Below are positions 1 through 15,000 of a DNA stretch of 64,000 bases, piece by piece. The position numbers were made by a program, and so were the translations under genes. Origin of the DNA: Eledone cirrhosa (lineage: Eukaryota); contig OZ024748.1 of the NCBI GenBank assembly GCA_964016885.1, positions 32,240,001 to 32,304,000 of the forward strand, in the 5' to 3' direction. The notes beneath the pieces were generated by a model. It searched no databases. It was not told the origin of the DNA and saw only the letters and a list, made by a program, of their open reading frames with translations. Position 1 is the stretch's first letter, and the number at the start of each line of letters is the position of its first letter.

Positions 1-3000
1 TTGCAAAATACATTATATATACATCTATATATATATTGCTATTTCAGAGCTCCAATACTAATTTTTAATTTCTGCCTGACCAACAATCGCTCTGTATAAT
101 CAGCTCCTGATTATTTACAAGAATTCTATAAGAATATAACATCAGTAATCTCAGTAGACAGGAGGGTTAGTTAGCCTTGATAAGCTTCAACAAAACGAAA
201 CAAGGCCCTTGTCGGCTTATCTCCCCTGTTTGCTGAGATTAAAGTAAGTGAATTTGTCACTACTCTAAAACAATAGCATACGGTCTTCAAAATGCTTTTA
301 ATTAAGCATAAAGTCTATTGCAAAATACATTATATCTACATCTATATATATATTGCTATTTCAGAGCTCCAATTCTAATTTTTAATTTCTGCCTGACCAA
401 CAATCGCTCTGTATAATCAGCTCCTGATTATTTACTAGAATTCTATAAGAATATAACATCAGTTATCTCAGTAGACAGGAGGGTTAGTTAGCCTTGATAA
501 GCTTCAACAAAAGCGAAACAAGGCCCTTGTCGGCTTATCTCCCCTGTTTGCTGAGATTAAAGTAAGTGAATTTGTCACTACTCTAAAACAATAGCCTACG
601 GTCTTCAAAATGTTTTTAAATAAGCATAAAGTGTATTGCAAAATACATTATACAGACATCCATATTTATATTGCTATTTCATAGCTCCAATTTTAATTTG
701 TAATTTCTGCCTGACCAACAATCGTTCTGTATAATCAGCTCCTGATTATTTACTAGAATTCTATAAGAATATAACATCAGTAATCTCAGTAGACAGGAGG
801 GTTAGTTAGCCTTGATAAGCTTCAACAAAAGCGAAACAAGGCCCTTGTCGGCTTATCTCCCCTGTGTGCTGAGATTAAAGTAAGTGAATTTGTCACTACT
901 CTAAAACTATAGCATACGGTCTTCAAAATGCTTTTAATTAAGCATAAAGTCTATTGCAAAATACATTATATATACATCCATATATATATTGCTATTTCAG
1001 ATCTCCAATACTAATTTTTAATTTCTGCCTGACCAACAATCGCTCTGTATAATCAGCTCCTGATTATTTACTAGAATTCTATAAGAATATAACATAAGTA
1101 ATCTCAGTAGAAAGGAGGGTTAGTTAGCCTTGATAAGCTTCAACAAAAGCGAAACAAGGCCCTTGTCGGCTTATCTCCCCTGTTTGCTGAGATTAAAGTA
1201 AGTGAATTTGTCACTACTCTAAAACAATAGCATACGGTCTTCAAAATGCTTTTTATTAAGCATAAAGTCTATTGCAAAATACATTATATATACATCCATA
1301 TTTATATTGCTATTTCAGAGCTCCAATTCTAATTTTTAATTTCTGCCTGACCAACAATCGCTCTGTATAATCAGCTCCTGATTATTTACTAGAATTCTAT
1401 AAGAATATAACATAAGTAATCTCAGTAGACAGGAGGGTTAGTTAGCTTTCATAAGCTTCAACAAAAGCTAAACAAGGTCCTTGTTGGCTTATCTGCTCTG
1501 TTTGCTGAGATTAAAGTAAGTGAATTTGTAACTACTCTAAAACAATAGCATACGGTCTACAAAATGCTTTTAATTAAGCACAAAGTGTATTGCAAAATAC
1601 ATTATATATACATCCATATATATATTGCTATTTCAGAGCTCCAATTCTAATTTGTAATTTCTGCCTGACCAACAATCGCTCTGTATAATCAGCTCCTGAT
1701 TATTTACTAGAATTCTATAAGAATATAACATAAGTAATCTCAGTAGACAGGAGGGTTAGTTAGCCTTGATAAGCTTCAACAAAAGCGAAACAAGGCCCTT
1801 GTCGGCTTATCTCCCCTGTTTGCTGAGATTAAAGTAAGTGAATTTGTCACTACTCTAAAACAATAGCATACGGTCTTCAAAATGCTTTTTATTAAGCATA
1901 AAGTCTATTGCAAAATACATTATATATACATCCATATTTATATTGCTATTTCAGAGCTCCAATTCTAATTTTTAATTTCTGCCTGACCAACAATCGCTCT
2001 GTATAATCAGCTCCTGATTATTTACTAGAATTCTATAAGAATATAACATAAGTAATCTCAGTAGACAGGAGGGTTAGTTAGCTTTCATAAGCTTCAACAA
2101 AAGCTAAACAAGGCCCTTGTCGGCTTATCTGCTCTGTTTGCTGAGATTAAAGTAAGTGAATTTGTAACTACTCTAAAACAATAGCATACGGTCTACAAAA
2201 TGCTTTTAATTAAGCACAAAGTGTATTGCAAAATACATTATATATACATCCATATATATATTGCTATTTCAGAGCTCCAATTCTAATTTGTAATTTCTGC
2301 CTGACCAACAATCGCTCTGTATAATCAGCTCCTGATTATTTACTAGAATTCTATAAGAATATAACATAAGTAATCTCAGTAGACAGGAGGGTTAGTTAGC
2401 CTTGATAAGCTTCAACAAAAGCGAAACAAGGCCCTTGTCGGCTTATCTGCTCTGTTTGCTGAGATTAAAGTAAGTGAATTTGTAACTACTCTAAAACAAT
2501 AGCATACGGTCTACAAAATGCTTTTAATTAAGCACAAAGTGTATTGCAAAATACATTATATATACATCCATATATATATTGCTATTTCAGAGCTCCAATT
2601 CTAATTTTTAATTTCTGCCTGACCAACAATCGCTCTGTATAATCAGCTCCTGATTATTTACTAGAATTCTATAAGAATATAACATCAGTAATCTCAGTAG
2701 ACAGGAGGGGTAGTTAGCCTTGATAAGCTTCAACAAAAGCGAAACAAGGCCCTTGTCGGCTTATCTCCCCTGTGTGCTGAGATTAAAGTAAGTGAATTTG
2801 TCACTACTCTAAAACAATAGCATAAGGTCTTCAAAATGCTTTTAATTAAGCATAAAGTCTATTGCAAAATACATTATATCTACATCTATATATATATTGC
2901 TATTTCAGAGCTCCAATTCTAATTTATAATTTCTGCCTGACCAACAATCGCTCTGTATAATCAGCTCCTGATTATTTACTAGAATTCTATAAGAATATAA

Positions 3001-6000
3001 CATCAGTAATCTAAAGTAGACAGGAGGTGTAGTTAGCCTTGATAAGCTTCAACAAAAGCGAAACAAGGCCCTTGTCGGCTTATCTCCCCTGTTTGCTGAG
3101 ATTAAAGTAAGTGAATTTGTCACTACTCTAAAACAATAGCATACGGTCTTCAAAATGCTTTTAATTAATCATAAAGTGTATTGCAAAATACATTATATAT
3201 ACATCCATATATATATTGCTATTTCAGAGCTCCAATACTAATTTTTAATTTCTGCCTGACCAACAATCGCTCTGTATAATCAGCTCCTGATTATTTACTA
3301 GAATTCTATAAGAATATAACATCAGTAATCTCAGTAGACAGGACGTGTAGTTAGCCTTGATAAGCTTCAACAAAAGCGAAACAAGGCCCTTGTCGGCTTA
3401 TCTCCCCTGTTTGCTGAGATTAAAATAAGTGAATTTATCACTACTCTAAAACAATAGCATACGGTCTTCAAAATGCTTTTTATTAAGCATAAAGTCTATT
3501 GCAAAATACATTATACAGACATCCATATTTATATTGCTATTTCAAAGCTCCAATTCTAATTTTTAATTTCTGCCTGACCAACAATCGCTCTGTATAATCA
3601 GCTCCTGATTATTTACTAGAATTCTATAAGAATATAACATCAGTAATCTCAGTAGACAGGACGTGTAGTTAGCCTTGATAAGCTTCAACAAAAGCGAAAC
3701 AAGGCCCTTGTCGGCTTATCTCCCCTGTTTGCTGAGATTAAAATAAGTGAATTTATCACTACTCTAAAACAATAGCATACGGTCTTCAAAATGCTTTTTA
3801 TTAAGCATAAAGTCTATTGCAAAATACATTATACAGACATCCATATTTATATTGCTATTTCATAGCTCCAATTCTAATTTTTAATTTCTGCCTGACCAAC
3901 AATCGCTCTGTATAATCAGCTCCTGATTATTTACTAGAATTCTATTAGAATATAACATCAGTAATCTCAGTAGACAGGAGGGGTAGTTAGCCTTGATAAG
4001 CTTCAACAAAAGCGAAACAAGGCCCTTGTCGGCCTATCTCCCCTGTTTGCTGAGATTAAAGTAAGTGAATTTGTTACTACTCTAAAACAATAGCATACGG
4101 TCTTCAAAATGCTTTTAATTAATCATAAAGTGTATTGCAAAATACATTATATATACATCCATATATATATTGCTAGTTCAGAGCTCCAATTCTAATTTTT
4201 AATTTCTGCCTGACCAACAATCGCTCTGTAAAATCAGCACCTGATTATTTACTAGAATTCTATAAGAATATAACATCCGTAATGTCAGTAGACAGGAGGG
4301 TTAGTTAGCCTTGATAAGCTTCAACAAAAGCGAAACAAGGCCCTTGTCGGCTTATCTCCCCTGTGTTCTGAGATTAAAGTAAGTGAATTTGTCACTACTC
4401 TAAAACAATAGCATACGGTCTTCAAAATGCTTTTAATTAAGCATAAAGTCTATTGCAAAATACATTATATATACATCCATATATATATTGCTATTTCAGA
4501 GCTCCAATTCTTATTTTTAATTTCTGCCTGACCAACAATCGCTCTGTATAATCAGCTCCTGATTATTTACTAGAATTCTATAAGAATATAACATCAGTAA
4601 TCTCAGTAGACAGGAGGGTTAGTTAGCCTTGATAAGCTTCAACAAAAGTGAAACAAGGCCCTTGTCGGCTTATCTCCCCTGTTTGCTGAGATTAAAGTAA
4701 GTGAATTTGTAACTACTCTAAAACAATAGCATACGGTCTTCAAAATGCTTTTAATTAAGCACAAAGTGTATTGCAAAATACATTACATATACATCCATAT
4801 ATATATATTGCTATTTCAGAGCTCCAATTCTAATTTTTAATTTCTGCCTGACCAACAATCGTTCTGTATAATCAGCTCCTGATTATTTACTAGAATTCTA
4901 TAAGAATATAACATCAGTAATCTCAGTAGACAGGACGGGTAGTTAGCCTTGATAAGCTTCAACGAAAGCGAAACAAGGCCCTTGTCGGCTTATCTCACCT
5001 GTTTGCTGAGATTAAAGTAAGTGAATTTGTCACTACTCTAAAAGAATAGCATACCGTCTTCAAAATGCTTTTAATTAAGCACAAAGTGTATTGCAAAATA
5101 CATTATATATACATCCATATATATATTGCTATTTCAGAGCTCCAATTCTAATTTTTAATTTCTGCCTGACCAACAATCGCTCTGTAAAATCAGCTCCTGA
5201 TTATTTACTAGAATTCTATAAGAATATAACATCAGTAATCTCAGTACACAGGAGGGTTAGTTAGCCTTGATAAGCTTCAACAAAAGCGAAACAAGGCCCT
5301 TGTCGGCTTATCTCCCCTGTTTGCTGAGATTAAAGTAAGTGAATTTGTCACTACTCTAAAACAATAGCATACGGTCTTCAAAATGCTTTTAATTAAGCAT
5401 AAAGTGTATTGCAAAATACATTATATATACATCCATATATATATTGCTATTTCAGAGCTCCAATTCTTATTTTTAATTTCTGCCTGACCAACAATCGCTC
5501 TGTATAATCAGCTCCTGATTATTTACTAGAATTCTATAAGAATATAACATCAGTAATCTCAGTAGACAGGAGGGGTAGTTAGCCTTGATAAGCTTCAACA
5601 AAAGCGAAACAAGGCCCTTGTCGGCTTATCTGCTCTGTTTGCTGAGATTAAAGTAAGTGAATTTGTAACTACTCTAAAACAATAGCATACGGTCTTCAAA
5701 ATGCTTTTAATTAAGCACAAAGTGTATTGCAAAATACATTATATATACATCCATATATATATTGCTATTTCAGAGCTCCAATTCTAATTTTTAATTTCTG
5801 CCTGACCAACAATCGCTCTGTATAATCAGCTCCTGATTATTTACTAGAATTCTATAAGAATATAACATCAGTAATCTCAGTAAACAGGAGGGTTAGTTAG
5901 CCTTGATAAGCTTCAACAAAAGCGAAACAAGGCCCTTGTCGGCTTATCTCCCCTGTTTGCTGAGATTAAAGTAAGTGAATTTGTCACTACTCTAAAACAA

Positions 6001-9000
6001 TAGCATACGGTCTTCAAAATGCTTTTAATTAAGCATAAAGTCTATTGCAAAATACATTATATCTACATCTATATATATATTGCTATTTCAGAGCTCCAAT
6101 TCTAATTTTTAATTTCTGCCTGACCAACAATCGCTCTGTATAATCAGCTCCTGATTATTTACTAGAATTCTATAAGAATATAACATCAGTAATCTAAAGT
6201 AGACAGGAGGTGTAGTTAGCCTTGATAAGCTTCAACAAAAGCGAAACAAGGCCCTTGTCGGCTTATCTCCCCTGTTTGCTGAGATTAAAGTAAGTGAATT
6301 TGTCACTACTCTAAAACAATAGCATACGGTCTTCAAAATGCTTTTAATTAATCATAAAGTGTATTGCAAAATACATTATATATACATCCATATATATATT
6401 GCTATTTCAGAGCTCCAATACTAATTTTTAATTTCTGCCTGACCAACAATCGCTCTGTATAATCAGCTCCTGATTATTTACTAGAATTCTATAAGAATAT
6501 AACATCAGTAATCTCAGTAGACAGGAGGGTTAGTTAGCCTTGATAAGCTTCAACAAAAGCGAAACAAGGTCCTTGTCGGCTTATCTCCCCTGTTTGCTGA
6601 GATTAAAGTAAGTGAATTTGTCACTACTCTAAAACAATAGCATACGGTCTTCAAAATGCTTTTTATTAAGCATAAAGTATATTGCAAAATACATTATATA
6701 TACATCCATATTTATATTGCTATTTCAGAGCTCCAATTCTAATTTTTAATTTCTGCCTGACCAACAATCGCTCTGTATAATCAGCTCCTGATTATTTACT
6801 AGAATTCTATAAGAATATAACATAAGTAATCTCAGTAGCCAGGAGGGTTAGTTAGCCTTCATAAGCTTCAGCAAAAGCTAAACAAGGCCCTTGTCGGCTT
6901 ATATGCTCTGTTTGCTGAGATTAAAGTAAGTGAATTTGTAACTACTCTAAAACAATAGCATACGGTCTACAAAATGCTTTTAATTAAGCACAAAGTGTAT
7001 TGCAAAATACATTATATATACATCCATATATATATTGCTATTTCAGAGCTCCAATTCTAATTTTTAATTTCTGCCTGACCAACAATCGCTCTGTATAATC
7101 AGCTCCTGATTATTTACTAGAATTCTATAAGAATATAACATCAGTAATCTCAGTAGACAGGACGTGTAGTTAGCCTTGATAAGCTTCAACAAAAGCGAAA
7201 CAAGGCCCTTGTCGGCTTATCTCCCCTGTTTGCTGAGATTAAAATAAGTGAATTTATCACTACTCTAAAACAATAGCATACGGTCTTCAAAATGCTTTTT
7301 ATTAAGCATAAAGTCTATTGCAAAATACATTATACAGACATCCATATTTATATTGCTATTTCAAAGCTCCAATTCTAATTTTTAATTTCTGCCTGACCAA
7401 CAATCGCTCTGTATAATCAGCTCCTGATTATTTACTAGAATTCTATAAGAATATAACATCAGTAATCTCAGTAGACAGGACGTGTAGTTAGCCTTGATAA
7501 GCTTCAACAAAAGCGAAACAAGGCCTTTGTCGGCTTATCTCCCCTGTTTGCTGAGATTAAAATAAGTGAATTTATCACTACTCTAAAACAATAGCATACG
7601 GTCTTCAAAATGCTTTTTATTAAGCATAAAGTCTATTGCAAAATACATTATACAGACATCCATATTTATATTGCTATTTCATAGCTCCAATTCTAATTTG
7701 TAATTTCTGCCTGACCAACAATCGCTCTGTATAATCAGCTCCTGATTATTTACTAGAATTCTATTAGAATATAACATCAGTAATCTCAGTAGACAGGAGG
7801 GGTAGTTAGCCTTGATAAGCTTCAACAAAAGCGAAACAAGGCCCTTGTCGGCTTATCTCCCCTGTTTGCTGAGATTAAAGTAAGTGAATTTGTTACTACT
7901 CTAAAACAATAGCATACGGTCTTCAAAATGCTTTTAATTAATCATAAAGTGTATTGCAAAATACATTATATATACATCCATATATATATTGCTAGTTCAG
8001 AGCTCCAATTCTAATTTTTAATTTCTGCCTGACCAACAATCGCTCTGTAAAATCAGCACCTGATTATTTACTAGAATTCTATAAGAATATAACATCCGTA
8101 ATGTCAGTAGACAGGAGGGTTAGTTAGCCTTGATAAGCTTCAACAAAAGCGAAACAAGGCCCTTGTCGGCTTATCTCCCCTGTGTTCTGAGATTAAAGTA
8201 AGTGAATTTGTCACTACTCTAAAACAATAGCATACGGTCTTCAAAATGCTTTTAATTAAGCATAAAGTCTATTGCAAAATACATTATATATACATCCATA
8301 TATATATTGCTATTTCAGAGCTCCAATTCTTATTTTTAATTTCTGCCTGACCAACAATCGCTCTGTATAATCAGCTCCTGATTATTTACTAGAATTCTAT
8401 AAAAATATAACATCAGTAATCTCAGTAGACAGGAGGGTTAGTTAGCCTTGATAAGCTTCAACAAAAGCGAAACAAGGCCCTTGTCGGCTTATCTGCTCTG
8501 TTTGCTGAGATTAAAGTAAGTGAATTTGTCACTACTCTAAAACAATAGCATACGGTCTTCAAAATGCTTTTAATTAAGCATAAAGTGTATTGCAAAATAC
8601 ATTATATATACATCCATATATATATTGCTATTTCAGAGCTCCAATTCTAATTTTTAATTTCTGCCTGACCAACAATCGCTCTGTAAAATCAGCTCCTGAT
8701 TATTTACTAGAATTCTATAAGAATATAACATCAGTAATCTCAGTAGACAGGAGGGTTAGTTAGCCTTGATAAGCTTCAACAAAAGCGAAACAAGGCCCTT
8801 GTCGGCTTATCTCCCCTGTTTGCTGAGATTAAAGTAAGTGAATTTGTCACTACTCTAAAACAATAGCATACGGTCTTCAAAATGCTTTTAATTAAGCATA
8901 AAGTGTATTGCAAAATACATTATATATACATCCATATATATATTGCTATTTCAGAGCTCCAATTCTTATTTTTAATTTCTGCCTGACCAACAATCGCTCT

Positions 9001-12000
9001 GTATAATCAGCTCCTGATTATTTACTAGAATTCTATAAGAATATAACATCAGTAATCTCAGTAGACAGGAGGGGTAGTTAGCCTTGATAAGCTTCAATAA
9101 AAGCGAAACAAGGCCCTTGTCGGTTTTTCTCCCCTGTTTGATGAGATTAAAGTAATTGAATTTGTCACTACTCTAAAACAATAGCATACGGTCTTCAAAA
9201 TGCTTTTTATTAAGCATAAAGTCTATTGCAAAATACATTATATATACATCCATATATATATTGCTATTTCAGAGCTCCAATTCTAATTTTTAATTTCTGC
9301 CTGACCAACAATCGCTCTGTATAATCAGCTCCTGATTATTTACTAGAATTCTATAAGAATATAACATCAGTAATCTCAGTAGACAGGAGGGTTAGTTAGC
9401 CTTGATAAGCTTCAACAAAAGCGAAACAAGGCCCTTGTCGGCTTATCTCCCCTGTTTGCTGAGATTAAAGTAAGTGAATTCATCACTACTCTAAAACAAT
9501 AGCATACGGTCTTCAAAATGTTTTTAAATAAGCATAAAGTGTATTGCAAAATACATTATACAGACATCCATATTTATATTGCTATTTCATAGCTCCAATT
9601 CTAATTTGTAATTTCTGCCTGACCAACAATCGTTCTGTATAATCAGCTCCTGATTATTTACTAGAATTCTATAAGAATATAACATCAGTAATCTCAGTAG
9701 ACAGGAGGGTTAGTTAGCCTTGATAAGCTTCAACAAAAGCGAAACAAGGCCCTTGTCGGCTTATCTCCCCTGTGTGCTGAGATTAAAGTAAGTGAATTTG
9801 TCACTACTCTAAAACTATAGCATACGGTCTTCAAAATGCTTTTAATTAAGCATAAAGTCTATTGCAAAATACATTATATATACATCCATATATATATATG
9901 TTGCTATTTCAGAGCTCCAATTCTAATTTTTAATTTCTGCCTGACCAACAATCGCTCTGTATAATCAGCTCCTGATTATTTACTAGAATTCTATAAGAAT
10001 ATAACATCAGTAATCTCAGTAGACAGGAGGGTTAGTTAGCCTTGATAAGCTTCAACAAAAGCGAAACAAGGCCCTTGTCGGCTTATCTCCCCTGTGTGCT
10101 GAGATTAAAGTAAGTGAATTTGTCACTACTCTAAAACTATAGCATACGGTCTTCAAAATGCTTTTAATTAAGCATAAAGTCTATTGCAAAATACATTATA
10201 TATACATCCATATATATATATGTTGCTATTTCAGAGCTCCAATACTAATTTTTAATTTCTGCCTGACCAACAATCGCTCTGTATAATCAGCTCCTGATTA
10301 TTTACTAGAATTCTATAAGAATATAACATAAGTAATCTCAGTAGACAGGAGGGTTAGTTAGCCTTCATAAGCTTCAACAAAAGCGAAACAAGGCCCTTGT
10401 CGGCTTATCTGCTCTGTTTGCTGAGATTAAAGTAAGTGAATTTGTAACTACTCTAAAACAATAGCATACGGTCTTCAAAATGCTTTTAATTAAGCACAAA
10501 GTGTATTGCAAAATACATTATATATACATCCATATATATATTGCTATTTCAGAGCTCCAATTCTAATTTTTAATTTCTGCCTGACCAACAATCGCTCTGT
10601 ATAATCAGCTCCTGATTATTTACTAGAATTCTATAAGAATATAACATCAGTAATCTCAGTAGACAGGAGGGTTAGTTAGCCTTGATAAGCTTCAACAAAA
10701 GCGAGACAAGGCCCTTGTCGGCTTATCTCCCCTGTTTGCTGAGATTAAAGTAAGTGAATTTGTCACTACTCTAAAAGAATAGCATACGGTCTTCAAAATG
10801 CTTTTAATTAAGCATAAAGTCTATTGCAAAATACATTATATCTACATCTATATATATATTGCTATTTCAGAGCTCCAATTCTAATTTTGAATTTCTGCCT
10901 GACCAACAATCGCTCTGTATAATCAGCTCCTGATTATTTACTAGAATTCTATAAGAATATAACATCAGTAATCTCAGTAGACAGGACGTGTAGTTAGCCT
11001 TGATAAGCTTCAACAAAAGCGAAACAAGGCCCTTGTCGGTTTATCTCCCCTGTTTCATGAGATTAAAGTAATTGAATTTGTCACTACTCTAAAACAATAG
11101 CATACGGTCTTCAAAATGCTTTTAAATAAGCATAAAGTGTATTGCAAAATACATTATATAGACATCCATATATATATTGCTATTTCATAGCTCCAATTCT
11201 AATTTTTAATTTCTGCCTGACCAACAATCGCTCTGTATAATCAGCTCCTGATTATTTACTAGAATTCTATAAGAATATAACATCAGTAATCTAAAGTAGA
11301 CAGGTGTAGTTAGCCTTGATAAGCTTCAACAAAAGCGAAACAAGGCCCTTGTCGGCTTATCTCCCCTGTTTGCTGAGATTAAAGTAAGTGAATTTGTCAC
11401 TACTCTAAAACAATAGCATACGGTCTTCAAAATGCTTTTAATTAATCATAAAGTGTATTGCAAAATACATTATATATACATCCATATATATATTGCTATT
11501 TCAGAGCTCCAATACTAATTTTTAATTTCTACCTGACCAACAATCGCTCTGTATAATCAGCTCCTGATTATTTACTAGAATTCTATAAGAATATAACATC
11601 AGTAATCTCAGTAGACAGGAGGGTTAGTTAGCCTTGATAAGCTTCAACAAAAGCGAAACAAGGCCCTTGTCGGCTTATCTCCCCTGTTTGCTGAGATTAA
11701 AGTAAGTGAATTTGTCACTACTCTAAAACAATAGCATACGGTCTTCAAAATGCTTTTTATTAAGCATAAAGTCTATTGCAAAATACATTATATATACATC
11801 CATATTTATATTGCTATTTCAGAGCTCCAATTCTAATTTTTAATTTCTGCCTGACCAACAATCGCTCTCTATAATCAGCTCCTGATTATTTACTAGAATT
11901 CTATAAGAATATAACATAAGTAATCTCAGTAGACAGGAGGGTTAGTTAGCCTTCATAAGCTTCAACAAAAGCTAAACAAGGCCCTTGTCGGCTTATCTGC

Positions 12001-15000
12001 TCTGTTTGCTGAGATTAAAGTAAGTGAATTTGTAACTACTCTAAAACAATAGCATACGGTCTACAAAATGCTTTTAATTAAGCACAAAGTGTATTGCAAA
12101 ATACATTATATATACATCCATATATATATTGCTATTTCAGAGCTCCAATTCTAATTTGTAATTTCTGACTGACCAACAATCGCTCTGTATAATCAGCTCC
12201 TGATTATTTACTAGAATTCTATAAGAATATAACATAAGTAATCTCAGTAGACAGGAGGGTTAGTTAGCCTTGATAAGCTTCAACAAAAGCGAAACAAGGC
12301 CCTTGTCGGCTTATCTGCTCTGTTTGCTGAGATTAAAGTAAGTGAATTTGTAACTACTCTAAAACAATAGCATACGGTCTACAAAATGCTTTTAATTAAG
12401 CACAAAGTGTATTGCAAAATACATTATATATACATCCATATATATATTGCTATTTCAGAGCTCCAATTCTAATTTTTAATTTCTGCCTGACCAACAATCT
12501 CTCTGTATAATCAGCACCTGATTATTTACTAGAATTCTATAAGAATATAACATCAGTAATGTCAGTAGTCAGGAGGGTTAGTTAGCCTTGATAAGCTTCA
12601 ACAAAAGCGAAACAAGGCCCTTGTCGGCTTATCTCCCCTGTGTTCTGAGATTAAAGTAAGTGAATTTGTCACTACTCTAAAAGAATAGCATACGGTCTTC
12701 AAAATGCTTTTAATTAAGCATAAAGTCTATTGCAAAATACATTATATCTACATCTATATATATATTGCTATTTCAGAGCTCCAATTCTAATTTTGAATTT
12801 CTGCCTGACCAACAATCGCTCTGTATAATCAGCTCCTGATTATTTACTAGAATTCTATAAGAATATAACATCAGTAATCTCAGTAGACAGGACGTGTAGT
12901 TAGCCTTGATAAGCTTCAACAAAAGCGAAACAAGGCCCTTGTCGGTTTATCTCCCCTGTTTCATGAGATTAAAGTAATTGAATTTGTCACTACTCTAAAA
13001 CAATAGCATACGGTCTTCAAAATGCTTTTAAATAAGCATAAAGTGTATTGCAAAATACATTATATAGACATCCATATATATATTGCTATTTCATAGCTCC
13101 AATTCTAATTTTTAATTTCTGCCTGACCAACAATCGCTCTGTATAATCAGCTCCTGATTATTTACTAGAATTCTATAAGAATATAACATCAGTAATCTAA
13201 AGTAGACAGGTGTAGTTAGCCTTGATAAGCTTCAACAAAAGCGAAACAAGGCCCTTGTCGGCTTATCTCCCCTGTTTGCTGAGATTAAAGTAAGTGAATT
13301 TGTCACTACTCTAAAACAATAGCATACGGTCTTCAAAATGCTTTTAATTAATCATAAAGTGTATTGCAAAATACATTATATATACATCCATATATATATT
13401 GCTATTTCAGAGCTCCAATACTAATTTTTAATTTCTACCTGACCAACAATCGCTCTGTATAATCAGCTCCTGATTATTTACTAGAATTCTATAAGAATAT
13501 AACATCAGTAATCTCAGTAGACAGGAGGGTTAGTTAGCCTTGATAAGCTTCAACAAAAGCGAAACAAGGCCCTTGTCGGCTTATCTCCCCTGTTTGCTGA
13601 GATTAAAGTAAGTGAATTTGTCACTACTCTAAAACAATAGCATACGGTCTTCAAAATGCTTTTTATTAAGCATAAAGTCTATTGCAAAATACATTATATA
13701 TACATCCATATTTATATTGCTATTTCAGAGCTCCAATTCTAATTTTTAATTTCTGCCTGACCAACAATCGCTCTCTATAATCAGCTCCTGATTATTTACT
13801 AGAATTCTATAAGAATATAACATAAGTAATCTCAGTAGACAGGAGGGTTAGTTAGCCTTCATAAGCTTCAACAAAAGCTAAACAAGGCCCTTGTCGGCTT
13901 ATCTGCTCTGTTTGCTGAGATTAAAGTAAGTGAATTTGTAACTACTCTAAAACAATAGCATACGGTCTACAAAATGCTTTTAATTAAGCACAAAGTGTAT
14001 TGCAAAATACATTATATATACATCCATATATATATTGCTATTTCAGAGCTCCAATTCTAATTTGTAATTTCTGACTGACCAACAATCGCTCTGTATAATC
14101 AGCTCCTGATTATTTACTAGAATTCTATAAGAATATAACATAAGTAATCTCAGTAGACAGGAGGGTTAGTTAGCCTTGATAAGCTTCAACAAAAGCGAAA
14201 CAAGGCCCTTGTCGGCTTATCTGCTCTGTTTGCTGAGATTAAAGTAAGTGAATTTGTAACTACTCTAAAACAATAGCATACGGTCTACAAAATGCTTTTA
14301 ATTAAGCACAAAGTGTATTGCAAAATACATTATATATACATCCATATATATATTGCTATTTCAGAGCTCCAATTCTAATTTTTAATTTCTGCCTGACCAA
14401 CAATCTCTCTGTATAATCAGCACCTGATTATTTACTAGAATTCTATAAGAATATAACATCAGTAATGTCAGTAGTCAGGAGGGTTAGTTAGCCTTGATAA
14501 GCTTCAACAAAAGCGAAACAAGGCCCTTGTCGGCTTATCTCCCCTGTGTTCTGAGATTAAAGTAAGTGAATTTGTCACTACTCTAAAACAATAGCATACG
14601 GTCTTCAAAATGCTTTTAATTCAGCATAAAGTGTATTGCAAAATACATTATATATACATCCATATATATATTGCTATTTCAGAGCTCCAATACTAATTTT
14701 TAATTTCTGCCTGACCAACAATCGCTCTGTATAATCAGCTCCTGATTATTTACTAGAATTCTATAAGAATATAACATCAGTAATCTCAGTAGACAGGAGG
14801 GGTAGTTAGCCTTGATAAGCTTCAACAAAAGCGAAACAAGGCCCTTGTCGGTTTTTCTCCCCTGTTTGATGAGATTAAAGTAATTGAATTTGTCACTACT
14901 CTAAAACAATAGCATACGGTCTTCAAAATGCTTTTTATTAAGCATAAAGTCTATTGCAAAATACATTATATATACATCCATATATATATTGCTATTTCAG

